From positions 9,764-73,763 of the forward strand of contig JAQWAY010000001.1 of the NCBI GenBank assembly GCA_028707455.1: a DNA stretch of 64,000 bases, in the 5' to 3' direction. Made by a program: the position numbers and the translations under genes. The stretch is from Bacilli bacterium. Lineage in GTDB: Bacteria > Bacillota_I > Bacilli_A > RF39 > UBA660. The stretch's first letter is position 1. Every line of letters starts with the position of its first letter. The notes under the pieces were generated by a model. It was not told the DNA's origin, searched no databases, and saw only the letters and a program-made list of their open reading frames with translations. Shown piece by piece: positions 50,986-61,662 of this stretch.

Positions 50986-52903
50986 TGAACAACATTATGA
51001 TGCATCAGATATTCAAGTATTAGAAGGATTAGAGGCAGTTAGAAAAAGACCTGGTATGTATATTGGAACAACAAGTTCAAGAGGATTACATCATTTAGTA
51101 TGGGAAATAGTTGATAATGCTATTGACGAGGCTTTAGCAGGTTATTGTGATGATATAGAAGTTATTATTAATAAAGATAATTCTATTACTGTTAAGGATG
51201 ATGGTAGGGGAATTCCTGTTGGTATTCATAAAAAAACAGGGATATCAACTGTTGAAACAGTATTTACAATACTACATGCAGGAGGAAAATTTGGTGGTGG
51301 AGGCTATAAAGTATCCGGTGGACTTCATGGAGTTGGTGGAAGTGTTGTTAATGCACTTAGTAGTTGGTTAGAAGCTACAATTTATCAAGGTGGAAAAGTT
51401 CACCATATTCGTTTTGAAAATGGAGGTAAACCAGTAAAATCACTAGAAGTAATTGACACATGTTCTTTAGAAAGAACAGGAACTACTATTACTTTTAAAC
51501 CAGATCCTACTATATTTACTGAAACTCAATTATTTGATTATGAGTTATTAAGAACAAGAATAAGAGAATTAGCATTCTTAAATAAAAATTTAAGAATTAT
51601 TTTGTGTGATGAAAGAGATAATAATGAACTTAAAAAGGAAGAATTTGTATATGAAGGTGGAATAAGTGCTTATGTTGAATTATTAAATAAAAGTAAATCA
51701 CCTATTCATGAAAATATTATCCATTTTGAAGGTGAAGTTGATAATGTTTCCCTTGAAGTGGCGTTTCAATATAATTCTAGTTATACAACAAATGTATATT
51801 CATTTACTAATAATATTCACACTCACGAGGGTGGTACCCATGAAGATGGTGTAAAAAACTCATTAACTAGAATTGTTAATAATTATGCTCGTAATAATAA
51901 GATTATAAAAGATAATGAAGAATCTTTAACTGGGGATGATGTTAGGGAAGGTTTAACAATGATTATATCTTGTAAACATCCTGATCCTCAATTTGAAGGT
52001 CAAACTAAAACAAAATTAGGAAATAGTGAAGTTAGAAAGATAGCATCTGATGTATTTAGTGAAGGATTTGAAAGATTTTTATTAGAAAATCCAGATCAAG
52101 CTAAAATAATCATTGAAAAAGCAATAACTGCATCTCGTGCAAGAATAGCCGCTAAAAAGGCACGTGAATTAACTCGTCGAAAAGGTGGACTTGAATTAAC
52201 AAATCAATGGGGAAAATTAACTGATTGTTCTTCAAAGGATGCATCAATTTCTGAAGTTTTTATAGTTGAAGGGGATAGTGCTGCAGGACCAGCAAAGCAA
52301 GGTAGAAATTCTGAAACACAAGCAGTATTACCAATTCGTGGTAAAATTTTAAATGTTGAAAAAGCTAGATTAGATAGAATCTTTAGTAATGAAGAAATAA
52401 GAAGTATGATAACAGCTTTTGGAACAGGTATTGGTGAAGATTTTGATATTACTAAATTAAGATATCACAAAATAATTATTATGACAGATGCTGATGTTGA
52501 TGGTGCACATATTAGAACGTTGTTGTTAACCTTCTTCTATAGGTACTTTAAACCGTTAGTTGAAGCAGGACATATTTATGCCGCTCAACCACCTTTATAT
52601 AAAATTAGTCATGGCAAAACAAATAAATATGTTTTAAATGAAGAAGAACGTGATGAATATATAGCTACATTACCAGAAAATACCAATTATGATATAACCC
52701 GTATGAAAGGGTTAGGTGAAATGGACGCTATAGAATTAAGAGAAACAACAATGCATATAGATTCACGAGTATTAGTAAGAATCGAATTAGACGATGCTAT
52801 ACAAGCAGACGAAATATTCCAAGTTTTAATGGGTGAAGAAGTTGAGCCTAGAAGAAAATTTATCGAAGATAATGCATTAAATGTTAAGAATCTTGATGTG
52901 TAA
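50978..52903 (+). CDS. gyrB: DNA gyrase subunit B
   Basis: It has a GHKL ATPase N-domain, a TOPRIM domain (EGDSAGG), and a tail. It is 641 aa. Confidence 0.95.
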   Translation: MGNEQHYDASDIQVLEGLEAVRKRPGMYIGTTSSRGLHHLVWEIVDNAIDEALAGYCDDIEVIINKDNSITVKDDGRGIPVGIHKKTGISTVETVFTILHAGGKFGGGGYKVSGGLHGVGGSVVNALSSWLEATIYQGGKVHHIRFENGGKPVKSLEVIDTCSLERTGTTITFKPDPTIFTETQLFDYELLRTRIRELAFLNKNLRIILCDERDNNELKKEEFVYEGGISAYVELLNKSKSPIHENIIHFEGEVDNVSLEVAFQYNSSYTTNVYSFTNNIHTHEGGTHEDGVKNSLTRIVNNYARNNKIIKDNEESLTGDDVREGLTMIISCKHPDPQFEGQTKTKLGNSEVRKIASDVFSEGFERFLLENPDQAKIIIEKAITASRARIAAKKARELTRRKGGLELTNQWGKLTDCSSKDASISEVFIVEGDSAAGPAKQGRNSETQAVLPIRGKILNVEKARLDRIFSNEEIRSMITAFGTGIGEDFDITKLRYHKIIIMTDADVDGAHIRTLLLTFFYRYFKPLVEAGHIYAAQPPLYKISHGKTNKYVLNEEERDEYIATLPENTNYDITRMKGLGEMDAIELRETTMHIDSRVLVRIELDDAIQADEIFQVLMGEEVEPRRKFIEDNALNVKNLDV

Positions 52904-52914
52904 GGGGTGATAGT

Positions 52915-55413
52915 ATGCAAGATAAGATGATAAATGTAAATATTACAACAGAAATGAAAACATCATTTTTAGATTATTCTATGAGTGTTATTGTATCAAG
53001 AGCAATTCCTGATGTTCGAGACGGTTTAAAACCAGTTCATCGAAGAATTTTATATACTATGTATGAAGAAGGAATGACTCCTGATAAAAAACATCAAAAA
53101 AGTGCAAATGCTGTAGGGGCAGTAATGGGGCATTATCACCCACATGGTGATTCAGCTATTTACGATACTATGGTTAGAATGGCTCAAGATTTTACTTACC
53201 GTCATGTTTTAGTAGATGGTCATGGTAACTTTGGATCTATTGATGGAGATGGTGCAGCAGCTTCTCGTTATACTGAAGCAAAACTATCTAAGATATCAAT
53301 GGAAATTTTAAGGGATTTAAATAAAAATACAGTTGATTTTTCTACAAACTATGATGGACAACGAAAAGAACCAACCGTATTACCATGTAGATTTCCTAAT
53401 ATTTTAGTTAATGGGAATATGGGAATTGCAGTTGGTATGGCAACTAATATTCCTCCTCATAATCTTGGTGAAGTAATTGATGGGTGTATTGCTTATATTG
53501 ATAATAGAGATATTACGATATTAGAATTAATGCAATATATAAAAGGTCCAGATTTTCCGACAGCAGGAACGATTTTAGGGAATAGTGGTATTAAAAAAGC
53601 GTTTGAAACAGGTCGTGGATCAATAACTATAAGAGGAAAAGTTAATATTGAAGAAAGTAATGGTAAAAATAGAATTATTATTACTGAGTTACCATATGAA
53701 GTTAATAAAAAGAATTTAATCACAAGAATTGCTGAATTAGTTAGAGATAAAGCTATAGATGGTATTTCTAATTTAAATGATGAATCAGCACTTGAAGGTA
53801 TTAGAATTGTAATTGATGTAAAAAAAGAATCAAATGCTAATGTAGTTTTAAATAACTTATATAAGCATACTCAATTACAAACATCATATGGAATAAACTT
53901 TTTAATGTTAGTTGATGGTAGGCCAAGAACACTTGATTTAAAAACAATTCTAGAAAAATATCTAGATCATCAAAAACAAGTAATCTATCGTAGATGTCAG
54001 TTTGATTTGAAAAAATGTCAAAATAGATTGCATATTTTAGAAGGTTTAAAGATAGCACTAGATAATATTGATGAAGTTATTAAATTAATAAGAGCATCAA
54101 AAAATGATGAAGAAGCCATCAATGGTTTAATTGAAAAATTCAACCTAACTAGAACACAATCAGAAGCTATCCTTGAAATGAAATTGCGTCGTTTAACAGG
54201 CTTAGAAAAGAGCAAGATTGAATTAGAAATCGAAGAATTGTTGAAGGAAATTCAAAAACTAGAAGAAATTATCTCTAGTGAAGAAAATATTTTAGCTGTT
54301 ATTAAAGAGGAATTATTAGAAATTAAAAATCGATATAATGATGAGAGAAGAACTATTATTGATATGACTTCTATAGAATATATAGAAGATGAATCATTGA
54401 TCCCCGTTGAGGATATTGTTTTAACTCTTACAAGTAAAGACTACATTAAAAGAATGAATAGTGAAGTTTATCGCACCCAAAATCGTGGTGGTGTTGGAAT
54501 CAAAGGAATGAGTACTAACGAAGAGGATTTTGTCGAAAATGTTATTTCTATGACAACTCATGATTATCTGTTATTCTTTACTAATAGAGGAAAAGTTTAT
54601 CGTATTAAAGGATATGAAGTCCCTGCATTTAATAGACAATCTAAGGGAATTCCTATAATTAATTTACTTCCATTAAGTGAAGGTGAAGTAGTAAATGTTA
54701 TGCTAAAATATGAAGAAAATGAAAATGTCGATAACATTGTATTTTGTACACAAAAAGGTTTAGTTAAGAGAACAAATATAAGTGAATTTGAAAGTATTAG
54801 AAATAACGGTAAAATAGCTATATCATTAAAAGATGACGATGAATTAATCTCTGTGAGAAAAACCACAGGTAATAGTGAAATATTAATTGGTACATCTGAC
54901 GGAAGAATGATTAGATTCGATGAAAATGAAATTAGAATAATGGGAAGAACAGCTTCTGGGGTTAAGGGAATAGATATTGGTGATGGTATCTGTGTTGGCT
55001 GTGAAGTTGTTAATGAAGGCCAAGAAGTATTAGTAGTCACTAAAAATGGTTATGGGAAAAGAACACCAGTTGAACAATATAGAATTACACATCGTGGTGG
55101 TAAAGGTGTTAAAGCATTAAATGTAACTGAAAAGAATGGTGATATCGTATCATTTAAAACTGTTGATGGATCAGAAGATTTAATGATAATTACTGATAGT
55201 GGTATTATTATTAGATTACCACTTGAACAAGTATCTACAACCGGTAGGGTTGCTCAAGGCGTTAAATTGATTAATTTAAAAGATGATCAAAAGGTAACTA
55301 CTATTGCAATTATTAAAGAAGATGAAGAATTAGATGAAGATGTTTCAAAAGAAGATAAAGATATAGAAGAATCTTTAAACGAAGTAACTGAAAATAATTC
55401 GACTGAAAAATAA
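52915..55413 (+). CDS. gyrA: DNA gyrase subunit A
   Basis: It has the active-site Tyr region AAASRYTEAKL and a C-terminal beta-pinwheel. It is 832 aa. Confidence 0.95.
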   Translation: MQDKMINVNITTEMKTSFLDYSMSVIVSRAIPDVRDGLKPVHRRILYTMYEEGMTPDKKHQKSANAVGAVMGHYHPHGDSAIYDTMVRMAQDFTYRHVLVDGHGNFGSIDGDGAAASRYTEAKLSKISMEILRDLNKNTVDFSTNYDGQRKEPTVLPCRFPNILVNGNMGIAVGMATNIPPHNLGEVIDGCIAYIDNRDITILELMQYIKGPDFPTAGTILGNSGIKKAFETGRGSITIRGKVNIEESNGKNRIIITELPYEVNKKNLITRIAELVRDKAIDGISNLNDESALEGIRIVIDVKKESNANVVLNNLYKHTQLQTSYGINFLMLVDGRPRTLDLKTILEKYLDHQKQVIYRRCQFDLKKCQNRLHILEGLKIALDNIDEVIKLIRASKNDEEAINGLIEKFNLTRTQSEAILEMKLRRLTGLEKSKIELEIEELLKEIQKLEEIISSEENILAVIKEELLEIKNRYNDERRTIIDMTSIEYIEDESLIPVEDIVLTLTSKDYIKRMNSEVYRTQNRGGVGIKGMSTNEEDFVENVISMTTHDYLLFFTNRGKVYRIKGYEVPAFNRQSKGIPIINLLPLSEGEVVNVMLKYEENENVDNIVFCTQKGLVKRTNISEFESIRNNGKIAISLKDDDELISVRKTTGNSEILIGTSDGRMIRFDENEIRIMGRTASGVKGIDIGDGICVGCEVVNEGQEVLVVTKNGYGKRTPVEQYRITHRGGKGVKALNVTEKNGDIVSFKTVDGSEDLMIITDSGIIIRLPLEQVSTTGRVAQGVKLINLKDDQKVTTIAIIKEDEELDEDVSKEDKDIEESLNEVTENNSTEK

Positions 55414-55417
55414 TATA

Positions 55418-55576
55418 TGTTTCACGTGAAACAAAATAATACATACAATGTTCCACGTGAAACTTTAATTAGTGAATCATTAATTATAAAAATTGTTTCA
55501 AAATTCAACGTTCCACGTGAAACAATTACAATTAGATATAAAATAACTAAAAAAAAGTAATGTTCCACGTGAAACG
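55418..55576. promoter_or_regulatory. Cluster of four parS centromere-like sites
   Basis: TGTTTCACGTGAAACA lies at 55418-55433, TGTTCCACGTGAAACT at 55449-55464, CGTTCCACGTGAAACA at 55509-55524, and TGTTCCACGTGAAACG at 55561-55576. All match the Firmicute parS consensus tGTTNCACGTGAAACa with 0-1 mismatches. Confidence 0.8.
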
Positions 55577-55619
55577 TTACTTTTTTATATACATTTATAT
55601 TCAAAAAACTAAAATTAAC

Positions 55620-55633
55620 ATTTCCCGGGAAAT
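55620..55633. promoter_or_regulatory. Noc-binding-site (NBS) palindrome ATTTCCCGGGAAAT
   Basis: It is a perfect 14-bp palindrome identical to the B. subtilis NBS consensus. It is a rare GC-rich word in this AT-rich DNA. Confidence 0.7.
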
Positions 55634-55680
55634 ATAATAAAAAATTTGATTTATAATTAGAAATAGTGTATCTTATATAA

Positions 55681-55753
55681 GACACAACATTTATGTTCGA
55701 ATCAGGTCAGAATCGGAAGATAGCAGCCTTAAGGACCTCTAAATGTGTGTGTC
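55681..55753 (+). ncRNA. ffs: Small (4.5S-type, minimal) SRP RNA
   Basis: It contains the SRP domain IV signature CAGGUCAG...AAUCGGAAGAUAGCAGCC...UUAAGG, which compares to E. coli GGUCAGGUCCGGAAGGAAGCAGCCAAGG. The terminal helix GACACAACAUUU/AAAUGUGUGUGUC is followed by CCUUUUUU. Its position next to tadA and dnaX matches Bacillus scr. Confidence 0.6.
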
Positions 55754-55767
55754 CTTTTTTATTGTAG

Positions 55768-56220
55768 GTGATGTTAGTGGATATATATATGAAAGAAGCT
55801 TTAAAAGAAGCTAGAAAAAGTTATAAGAATGATGATGTTCCAGTCGGTGCGGTTATAGTTAGAAATGATAAAATAATAGCTAAAGCTCATAATCAAAAAG
55901 AAAAAAATAAGATAGCAACGCAACATGCAGAAATATTAGTAATAGAAAAGGCATGTAAAAAGATAAACAGTTGGCATCTAGATGAATGTACATTATATGT
56001 TACATTAGAACCTTGTTTAATGTGTTTCGGCGCAATTTTAGAATCAAGAATAAAAAAAATAGTATATGCAACAAGTTCTGAAAAATTTGGTTTTGATTCT
56101 AGTACTGGTAATATACTATACGAGAAAATAAATAATAAAAATATTGAAATAATAAACGGAATTTGTAAAGAAGAATCTCAAAAATTATTGGTTGATTTTT
56201 TTAAAAGTAAAAGGAAATAA
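55768..56220 (+). CDS. tadA: tRNA-specific adenosine-34 deaminase
   Basis: It has CDA-fold zinc motifs HAEILVIEKA and PCLMCFGA. The start is ambiguous between 55768 and 55789. Confidence 0.85.
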   Translation: MMLVDIYMKEALKEARKSYKNDDVPVGAVIVRNDKIIAKAHNQKEKNKIATQHAEILVIEKACKKINSWHLDECTLYVTLEPCLMCFGAILESRIKKIVYATSSEKFGFDSSTGNILYEKINNKNIEIINGICKEESQKLLVDFFKSKRK

Positions 56221-56237
56221 TAAAATTATTTCCTTTT
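56206..56237 (+). terminator. tadA terminator
   Basis: AAAGGAAATAATaaaATTATTTCCTTT is followed by TATT and overlaps the stop codon. Confidence 0.55.
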
Positions 56238-56283
56238 ATTATAACCTTAAAAATGTTATAATATATGAGTGGAGGTGGTTTAG

Positions 56284-58050
56284 TTGTATCAAGCTTTATA
56301 TAGAAAATATCGCCCCTTAACTTTCGATGAAGTTTATGGACAAGATGTAATTGTTAAGACGTTAAAAAATTCAATTTTGAATAATAGATTAAATCATGCC
56401 TATTTATTTACTGGTCCTAGGGGTACTGGTAAAACCAGTGTAGCCAAAATTTTAGGTAAAACTATTAATTGCGAACAATTAAATGGTATTGAACCATGTA
56501 ATAAGTGTGTAAATTGTACACAAATAAATTTAAAACAGTCTGTTGATATAATTGAAATAGATGCAGCATCAAATAATGGAGTAGAGGAAATTAGAGAATT
56601 AAAAAGTAAAATTAATTTAGTTCCATCAATAGGAAAATATAAAGTTTATATTATTGATGAGGTCCATATGATGACAACGAGTGCTTTTAATGCCTTATTG
56701 AAAACATTGGAAGAACCTCCGGCTCATGTTGTATTTGTATTAGCAACAACAGAACCACATAAAATACCTGCAACTATTTTATCAAGATGCCAACGATTCG
56801 ACTTTAAAAAAATTGGTATTAATAAAATTGTAGAAAGACTCGATTATATTGCATCAAATGAGAAAATTGAAATAGATGAAAATGCATTAAAAGAAATAGC
56901 ACGACTATCTGATGGTGGAATGCGTGATGCTATTAGTATGTTTGATCAAGTATTATCATTTGCGGATAATAATATTACGACAAATGATATTCACGAAATA
57001 AACGGAACAATTACTCAACAGGAAATAAAAGTTTTTGTCGATGCATTATTGGAAGGAAATATTGAATATTTATTAAATTTAATTGATAATTATAATGAGT
57101 CAGGTAAGAATTTTGTGAAATTAGCAGAAGAAATAATTTATTATTTAAAAAATGTTTTATTATATATGACGGTTCCAAATTATTTTAAGAATAATAAAAT
57201 AAACATTAAAGAATATGAGGATTCTACAACTAAAATGAATGAAGATAAATTATTGGTAGTAATTAAGGAATTTAATAAATTGATTTTAGATATAAAAAAT
57301 ACTAATAATCCTAAATTGATGTTGGAATTAATAATAATAAATTTAGTAAATAGTAACTATGGGGTAAAAAACTCTGAAACTATTAAAGGAAAAGAAACAT
57401 TCTTTGATTCTAAAAAAACAGAGAATGAACAAAAAAATAAAAAAGAGCCAGTAATTAAATTGAAAGAAAAACCAAATATTGAAGAAAATATAATTAAAAC
57501 AAAAAAAAGTGAAAAGGAAGCTGATCAATCAACAATTGAGTGTGCTAAGGAAAATATAAACGATAGAGTGATTGATGAAAGTTTAAAATTACAATTAGAA
57601 AAAGTAAAAGAAGTAAGAATAAACAATGCGTTAGCTAACTTTGATAAAAAACAATTATTGAAGTTTCAAAAAGAATTAGATTTATTAAGAGGATTGATAC
57701 TAGATCCCAATTATTGTCAAATGGTTTCAATTATTTTAGATGGTAAACTTAAAGCACTTGGTGGAAATAATTTAATTTTTGTTTATGACAATGAAAAATT
57801 ATCTAATTATTTTAATGAAAATATTATGAATATTGAAAAAATATTTAGGAAAACTTATAAAATTGATTATAAAGTTATTTCTACTCATGCAAAGGAATGG
57901 GAAAAAATTAAGAAAGTATTTAATTCAAAGTTAAAGGAATTCAAATATGTTGAAGAGAGCAAGGAAATTGAGTCTATTTTAAAAAGTACCAAAAAGGATA
58001 ATAAAGATGATTTGAAAAAAATATTTGGGGATATAATAGAGTATAAATAG
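56284..58050 (+). CDS. dnaX: DNA polymerase III subunits gamma/tau
   Basis: It has AAA+ Walker A GPRGTGKTS and a zinc module CxxC...CxxC. It has an apparent TTG start with a GGAGGTGG RBS. Confidence 0.9.
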   Translation: MYQALYRKYRPLTFDEVYGQDVIVKTLKNSILNNRLNHAYLFTGPRGTGKTSVAKILGKTINCEQLNGIEPCNKCVNCTQINLKQSVDIIEIDAASNNGVEEIRELKSKINLVPSIGKYKVYIIDEVHMMTTSAFNALLKTLEEPPAHVVFVLATTEPHKIPATILSRCQRFDFKKIGINKIVERLDYIASNEKIEIDENALKEIARLSDGGMRDAISMFDQVLSFADNNITTNDIHEINGTITQQEIKVFVDALLEGNIEYLLNLIDNYNESGKNFVKLAEEIIYYLKNVLLYMTVPNYFKNNKINIKEYEDSTTKMNEDKLLVVIKEFNKLILDIKNTNNPKLMLELIIINLVNSNYGVKNSETIKGKETFFDSKKTENEQKNKKEPVIKLKEKPNIEENIIKTKKSEKEADQSTIECAKENINDRVIDESLKLQLEKVKEVRINNALANFDKKQLLKFQKELDLLRGLILDPNYCQMVSIILDGKLKALGGNNLIFVYDNEKLSNYFNENIMNIEKIFRKTYKIDYKVISTHAKEWEKIKKVFNSKLKEFKYVEESKEIESILKSTKKDNKDDLKKIFGDIIEYK

Positions 58051-58064
58051 AAAGAGGGAATATT

Positions 58065-58361
58065 ATGAATATTCAAGCGATGATGAAACAAGCGCAAAAA
58101 TTACAAAAGGATATGATGGAAGCAAAAGAAGAAATTGATAAGATGGAATTTAATGGTGTAGCTTCTTTTGTTACAGTAACAATGCTGGGAAGTAAGGAAG
58201 TTACAAACGTTAAAATAGATAATAAAAATATTGAGAGTGACGAAATTGAATTGTTGGAGGATATGATTGTCGTTGCTACTAATGATGCGATAAAACAAAT
58301 TGATGCTATAACTGAAGAAAAGATGGGCAAATATACACAAGGAATGCCAGGGTTATTTTAA
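58065..58361 (+). CDS. ybaB: Nucleoid-associated protein YbaB/EbfC
   Basis: The 98-aa protein begins MNIQAMMKQAQKLQKDMMEAKEE. It lies between dnaX and recR. Confidence 0.85.
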   Translation: MNIQAMMKQAQKLQKDMMEAKEEIDKMEFNGVASFVTVTMLGSKEVTNVKIDNKNIESDEIELLEDMIVVATNDAIKQIDAITEEKMGKYTQGMPGLF

Positions 58362-58969
58362 TGAATTATCCATCAACAATTAGAAATCTAATTGAGTGTT
58401 ATAAGAAACTACCTGGAGTTGGTGAGAAAACAGCAGAAAGATATTCATTAGCTTCATTAGAATTGGATCAAGAAGTAATTGATTTGTTTGCTAAGTCTTT
58501 AAAAAATATAAAAACTAAAATAAGAAGATGTGAAAAGTGTAACAATTTATCCGAGAATGAATTATGTGATATTTGTTGTGATGATAGTCGTGAACAAAAA
58601 ATTATATGTGTTGTTGAGCAACCTAAGAATGTTATTTTATTTGAAAAAGTTGGAAGTTATAATGGAAAGTATCATGTTTTAGATGGTTTAATTTCCCCAC
58701 TTGATGGTATTAATCCAGAACAAATTAAATTAAACGCATTAATTGAACGTATTAAAAAAGAAAAGATAGAAGAAGTTATTATAGCCGTTAAACCGAGTAT
58801 AGAGGGAGAAACAACGGCTTTATATATTACAAAGTTATTAGAAGGGTTAGATGTTACTGTTTCTAAAATAGCCCACGGAGTGCCAATTGGGGCTGAAATG
58901 GACTATATTGATTCTCTAACTTTAGAAATGGCTTTAGAAGACCGAAAAAAGATTTCGAATAATTCATAA
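58361..58969 (+). CDS. recR: Recombination protein RecR
   Basis: It has an HhH domain, a C4 zinc finger (CEKCNNLSENELCDIC), and a Toprim domain. Confidence 0.9.
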   Translation: MNYPSTIRNLIECYKKLPGVGEKTAERYSLASLELDQEVIDLFAKSLKNIKTKIRRCEKCNNLSENELCDICCDDSREQKIICVVEQPKNVILFEKVGSYNGKYHVLDGLISPLDGINPEQIKLNALIERIKKEKIEEVIIAVKPSIEGETTALYITKLLEGLDVTVSKIAHGVPIGAEMDYIDSLTLEMALEDRKKISNNS

Positions 58970-59000
58970 ATAATTAACATGCCTCATAATCTTTACTGAG

Positions 59001-59198
59001 GTGGACAAAATGTTGAAAAAAATATTGAAATTAGCTAAAAAGATAATTGTAAGTGCCTTTTTTATATATGGATATAATATAATTATGGCACCTCTTAATT
59101 TAATAATTCCAATTAATATCATAACGGTTTTAGCTGTTACTTTATTTGGTTTTCCAATGTTGTTATCTTTAATTGTAATATTATTAATAGTTTTTTAA
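59001..59198 (+). CDS. bofA: BofA-like small membrane protein (pro-sigma-K processing inhibitor family)
   Basis: The 65-aa protein has two TM helices. Its PLNLIIPINIITVLAVTLFGFP resembles the BofA core. It lies after recR, as in Bacillus. Confidence 0.4.
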   Translation: MDKMLKKILKLAKKIIVSAFFIYGYNIIMAPLNLIIPINIITVLAVTLFGFPMLLSLIVILLIVF

Positions 59199-59212
59199 AG
59201 AAGAGGTGAAGT

Positions 59213-60157
59213 ATGCTAGATGAGTATAAAACAGTCCAACCAATAGTTTATAAAATATTGAAAAATTCTTTAATTAATAATCGTAATTCGCATGCTTACC
59301 TTTTTGAAACAAAAGAGTATGATAAAGGTTTAGAACTAGCAATTGCTTTTTCTAAATATTTATTGTGTCCTTTTTCATATACTAATATTAATAATTGTGG
59401 AGAATGTACACAATGTCAAATAATAGATAATAATAATTTCACCGAAATAAAAATTATTGAACCAGATGGTATGTGGATTAAAAAAGAACAATTAATTGAA
59501 TTGCAAAAAGAATTTAGTACCAAAGCTGTAGCAAGTGATAAAAAAATATATATAATTAATAACGCGGAAAGATTAAATTCTTCATCAGCTAACTCCATTT
59601 TGAAATTTTTAGAAGAGCCTGAAGATAATATAATTGCTATTCTAATAACAAGTAATCGATATCAATTATTAGATACAATTGTTTCTAGATGTCAAATCAT
59701 ATCATTTATTGATTATATTAAATTTGATGGTAATGACACCTTTCAAAAAATAAGTAAATTAGTACTTCAAAAAGAAGAATTAGATATATTTAGTATTGAA
59801 CAATTAGATCATATAATTAATTTTGTGGATTTTTACGAAAAAAATGGGAAAGACACATTATTACACACTAATAAATTATGGCATAAGAATGTATCAAATA
59901 GACGAATGATGGAAATTTATTTTGAAGTAATGGCCCTTTTTTATAAAGATATATTAAATTATATGTGTCGAGGAAATATTGAAAACTTTGATGATTATCT
60001 AGAACAAATAAAAGCTATTGTTTCAAAAAATAATATAAGTAGTATTTGTGATAAAATTAAAAAAATTATAGAACTAAAAGATCATATAAAGTATAATGTC
60101 AATAATAATTTATTAGTGGACAAGCTAATTATTATGTTAGAAGGAGGTATAAAATGA
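59213..60157 (+). CDS. holB: DNA polymerase III delta-prime subunit
   Basis: It is AAA+-like with a degenerate Walker A, a zinc module CGECTQCQ, and the SRCQ motif. Confidence 0.8.
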   Translation: MLDEYKTVQPIVYKILKNSLINNRNSHAYLFETKEYDKGLELAIAFSKYLLCPFSYTNINNCGECTQCQIIDNNNFTEIKIIEPDGMWIKKEQLIELQKEFSTKAVASDKKIYIINNAERLNSSSANSILKFLEEPEDNIIAILITSNRYQLLDTIVSRCQIISFIDYIKFDGNDTFQKISKLVLQKEELDIFSIEQLDHIINFVDFYEKNGKDTLLHTNKLWHKNVSNRRMMEIYFEVMALFYKDILNYMCRGNIENFDDYLEQIKAIVSKNNISSICDKIKKIIELKDHIKYNVNNNLLVDKLIIMLEGGIK

Positions 60158-60933
60158 TTGATGTAGTTGGAGTATCTTTTAAAGAAAAAGGACGTATTTA
60201 TTATTTTTTACCAAATAATTTAAAACTAAAGAAAAATTTAACCGTTATTGTACAAACAGAAAAAGGTATTCAATTTGGTCGTGTAGAAACAGAGGTAATA
60301 AAAAAAGATTCTAATTTTTTTCATACCCAATTAAAAAAGGTTATTCGAATTGCTTCTAAACAAGATTATGATAAACATAAAAGTAATCTTCATGATGCTA
60401 AGAATGCTTTAAAAAGATGTCGTGAAATAGTAAGCCGAAAAGATTTGAAAATGCAAATAATTGATGCAACATATACATTCGATCGTGATCAATTAATATT
60501 TCGTTTTTTAGCTGATAACCGAATCGATTTTAGAGAATTAGCCAAAGAATTAGCATCTATCTATCGTACAAGAATTGAATTAAGGCAAATAGGTGTTCGT
60601 GATAAAGCTAAGGAAGTTAGTGGATGTGGTATCTGTGGACATGAATTTTGTTGTAGTCGCTTTTTAAATGAATTTGCACCTGTCTCTATCAATATGGCTA
60701 AAAATCAAAACTTAGCTTTAAATCCAAATAATATTAATGGTACATGTGGACGACTATTATGTTGTTTAAATTATGAGAATGAATGTTATCAACAATGTCA
60801 AAAAGGATTACCTAATATTGGAAAAATAGTTAAGACATCAAAAGGCGAAGGAAGAGTAGTAAGTGTTAATATATTAGAACGTAGTTATCGTGTTGATATT
60901 CCTAATGAAGGAATTGTAGAGGAAAAAATGTAA
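60154..60933 (+). CDS. ricT: PSP1-domain protein YaaT/RicT (stage 0 sporulation)
   Basis: It has a PSP1 C-terminal domain with Cys-rich clusters (CGICGHEFCCSRF, CGRLLCCLNYE). Confidence 0.75.
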   Translation: MIDVVGVSFKEKGRIYYFLPNNLKLKKNLTVIVQTEKGIQFGRVETEVIKKDSNFFHTQLKKVIRIASKQDYDKHKSNLHDAKNALKRCREIVSRKDLKMQIIDATYTFDRDQLIFRFLADNRIDFRELAKELASIYRTRIELRQIGVRDKAKEVSGCGICGHEFCCSRFLNEFAPVSINMAKNQNLALNPNNINGTCGRLLCCLNYENECYQQCQKGLPNIGKIVKTSKGEGRVVSVNILERSYRVDIPNEGIVEEKM

Positions 60934-61653
60934 ATGGAAGTTAAAAATTATCTATATGGATATGAACATTTATGTATTATCCAAAACGAAGAAATGTTTA
61001 ATGTTTCAATAGATTCCTTATTATTACCTAACTTTATTACTATTAATAAAAAGATAGATAAGATATTAGATATTGGTTGTGGGAATGCACCAATACCTAT
61101 TATTTTATCTACTAAAACATCTGCTCCTATAATTGGAGTTGAAATTCAAGAAGATGTTGCTGCGTTAGCAATTAAATCAGTTGAGTCTAATAATTTATCA
61201 GAACAAATCAAAATTATTAACGCAGATATTAATGAATTAGTTTTATCGTTAGAAACGGATTCGTTTGATATAATAACGTGTAATCCTCCTTTTTTTAAAT
61301 ATAGTGAGGGTTCTAATTTAAATAATAGTGATTATAAAACCATTGCTAGGCATGAAGTTAAGTTGAATTTAGAACAAATTTTTAAAATTTGTAAAAAATT
61401 ACTTAAAAATAATGGTATAATTGGATTAGTTCATCGACCAGAACGTTTAATAGATATTATTGAGTGTATGAGAAAGAATAATATTGAGCCTAAAAAGATT
61501 CAGTTAGTTTACCCACGTAAAGGTGATGAAGCTAATATTTTATTAATTGAAGGACGAAAAAATGGAAACTCTGGACTTAAGATATTAGATTCAATATACT
61601 TGAATGAAACAAATGGTGAATACACAGAACAATTAAAAAATATGATGAAATAA
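60934..61653 (+). CDS. tRNA (adenine37-N6)-methyltransferase YabB/TrmN6-like
   Basis: It has a SAM-binding DIGCGNAPIPI and the catalytic motif NPPFF. Confidence 0.7.
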   Translation: MEVKNYLYGYEHLCIIQNEEMFNVSIDSLLLPNFITINKKIDKILDIGCGNAPIPIILSTKTSAPIIGVEIQEDVAALAIKSVESNNLSEQIKIINADINELVLSLETDSFDIITCNPPFFKYSEGSNLNNSDYKTIARHEVKLNLEQIFKICKKLLKNNGIIGLVHRPERLIDIIECMRKNNIEPKKIQLVYPRKGDEANILLIEGRKNGNSGLKILDSIYLNETNGEYTEQLKNMMK

Positions 61654-61662
61654 GGTGATATA

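Noticed and set aside
55422-55685. An 87-aa minus-strand ORF from the six-frame track
   Set aside because: It lies entirely over the parS/NBS intergenic region and the start of the SRP RNA. It has low-complexity composition and no RBS, so it is spurious.
55690-55700. A GTTCGAATC word resembling a tRNA T-loop
   Set aside because: No acceptor or anticodon arms can be folded around it. The surrounding sequence matches SRP RNA domain IV instead.
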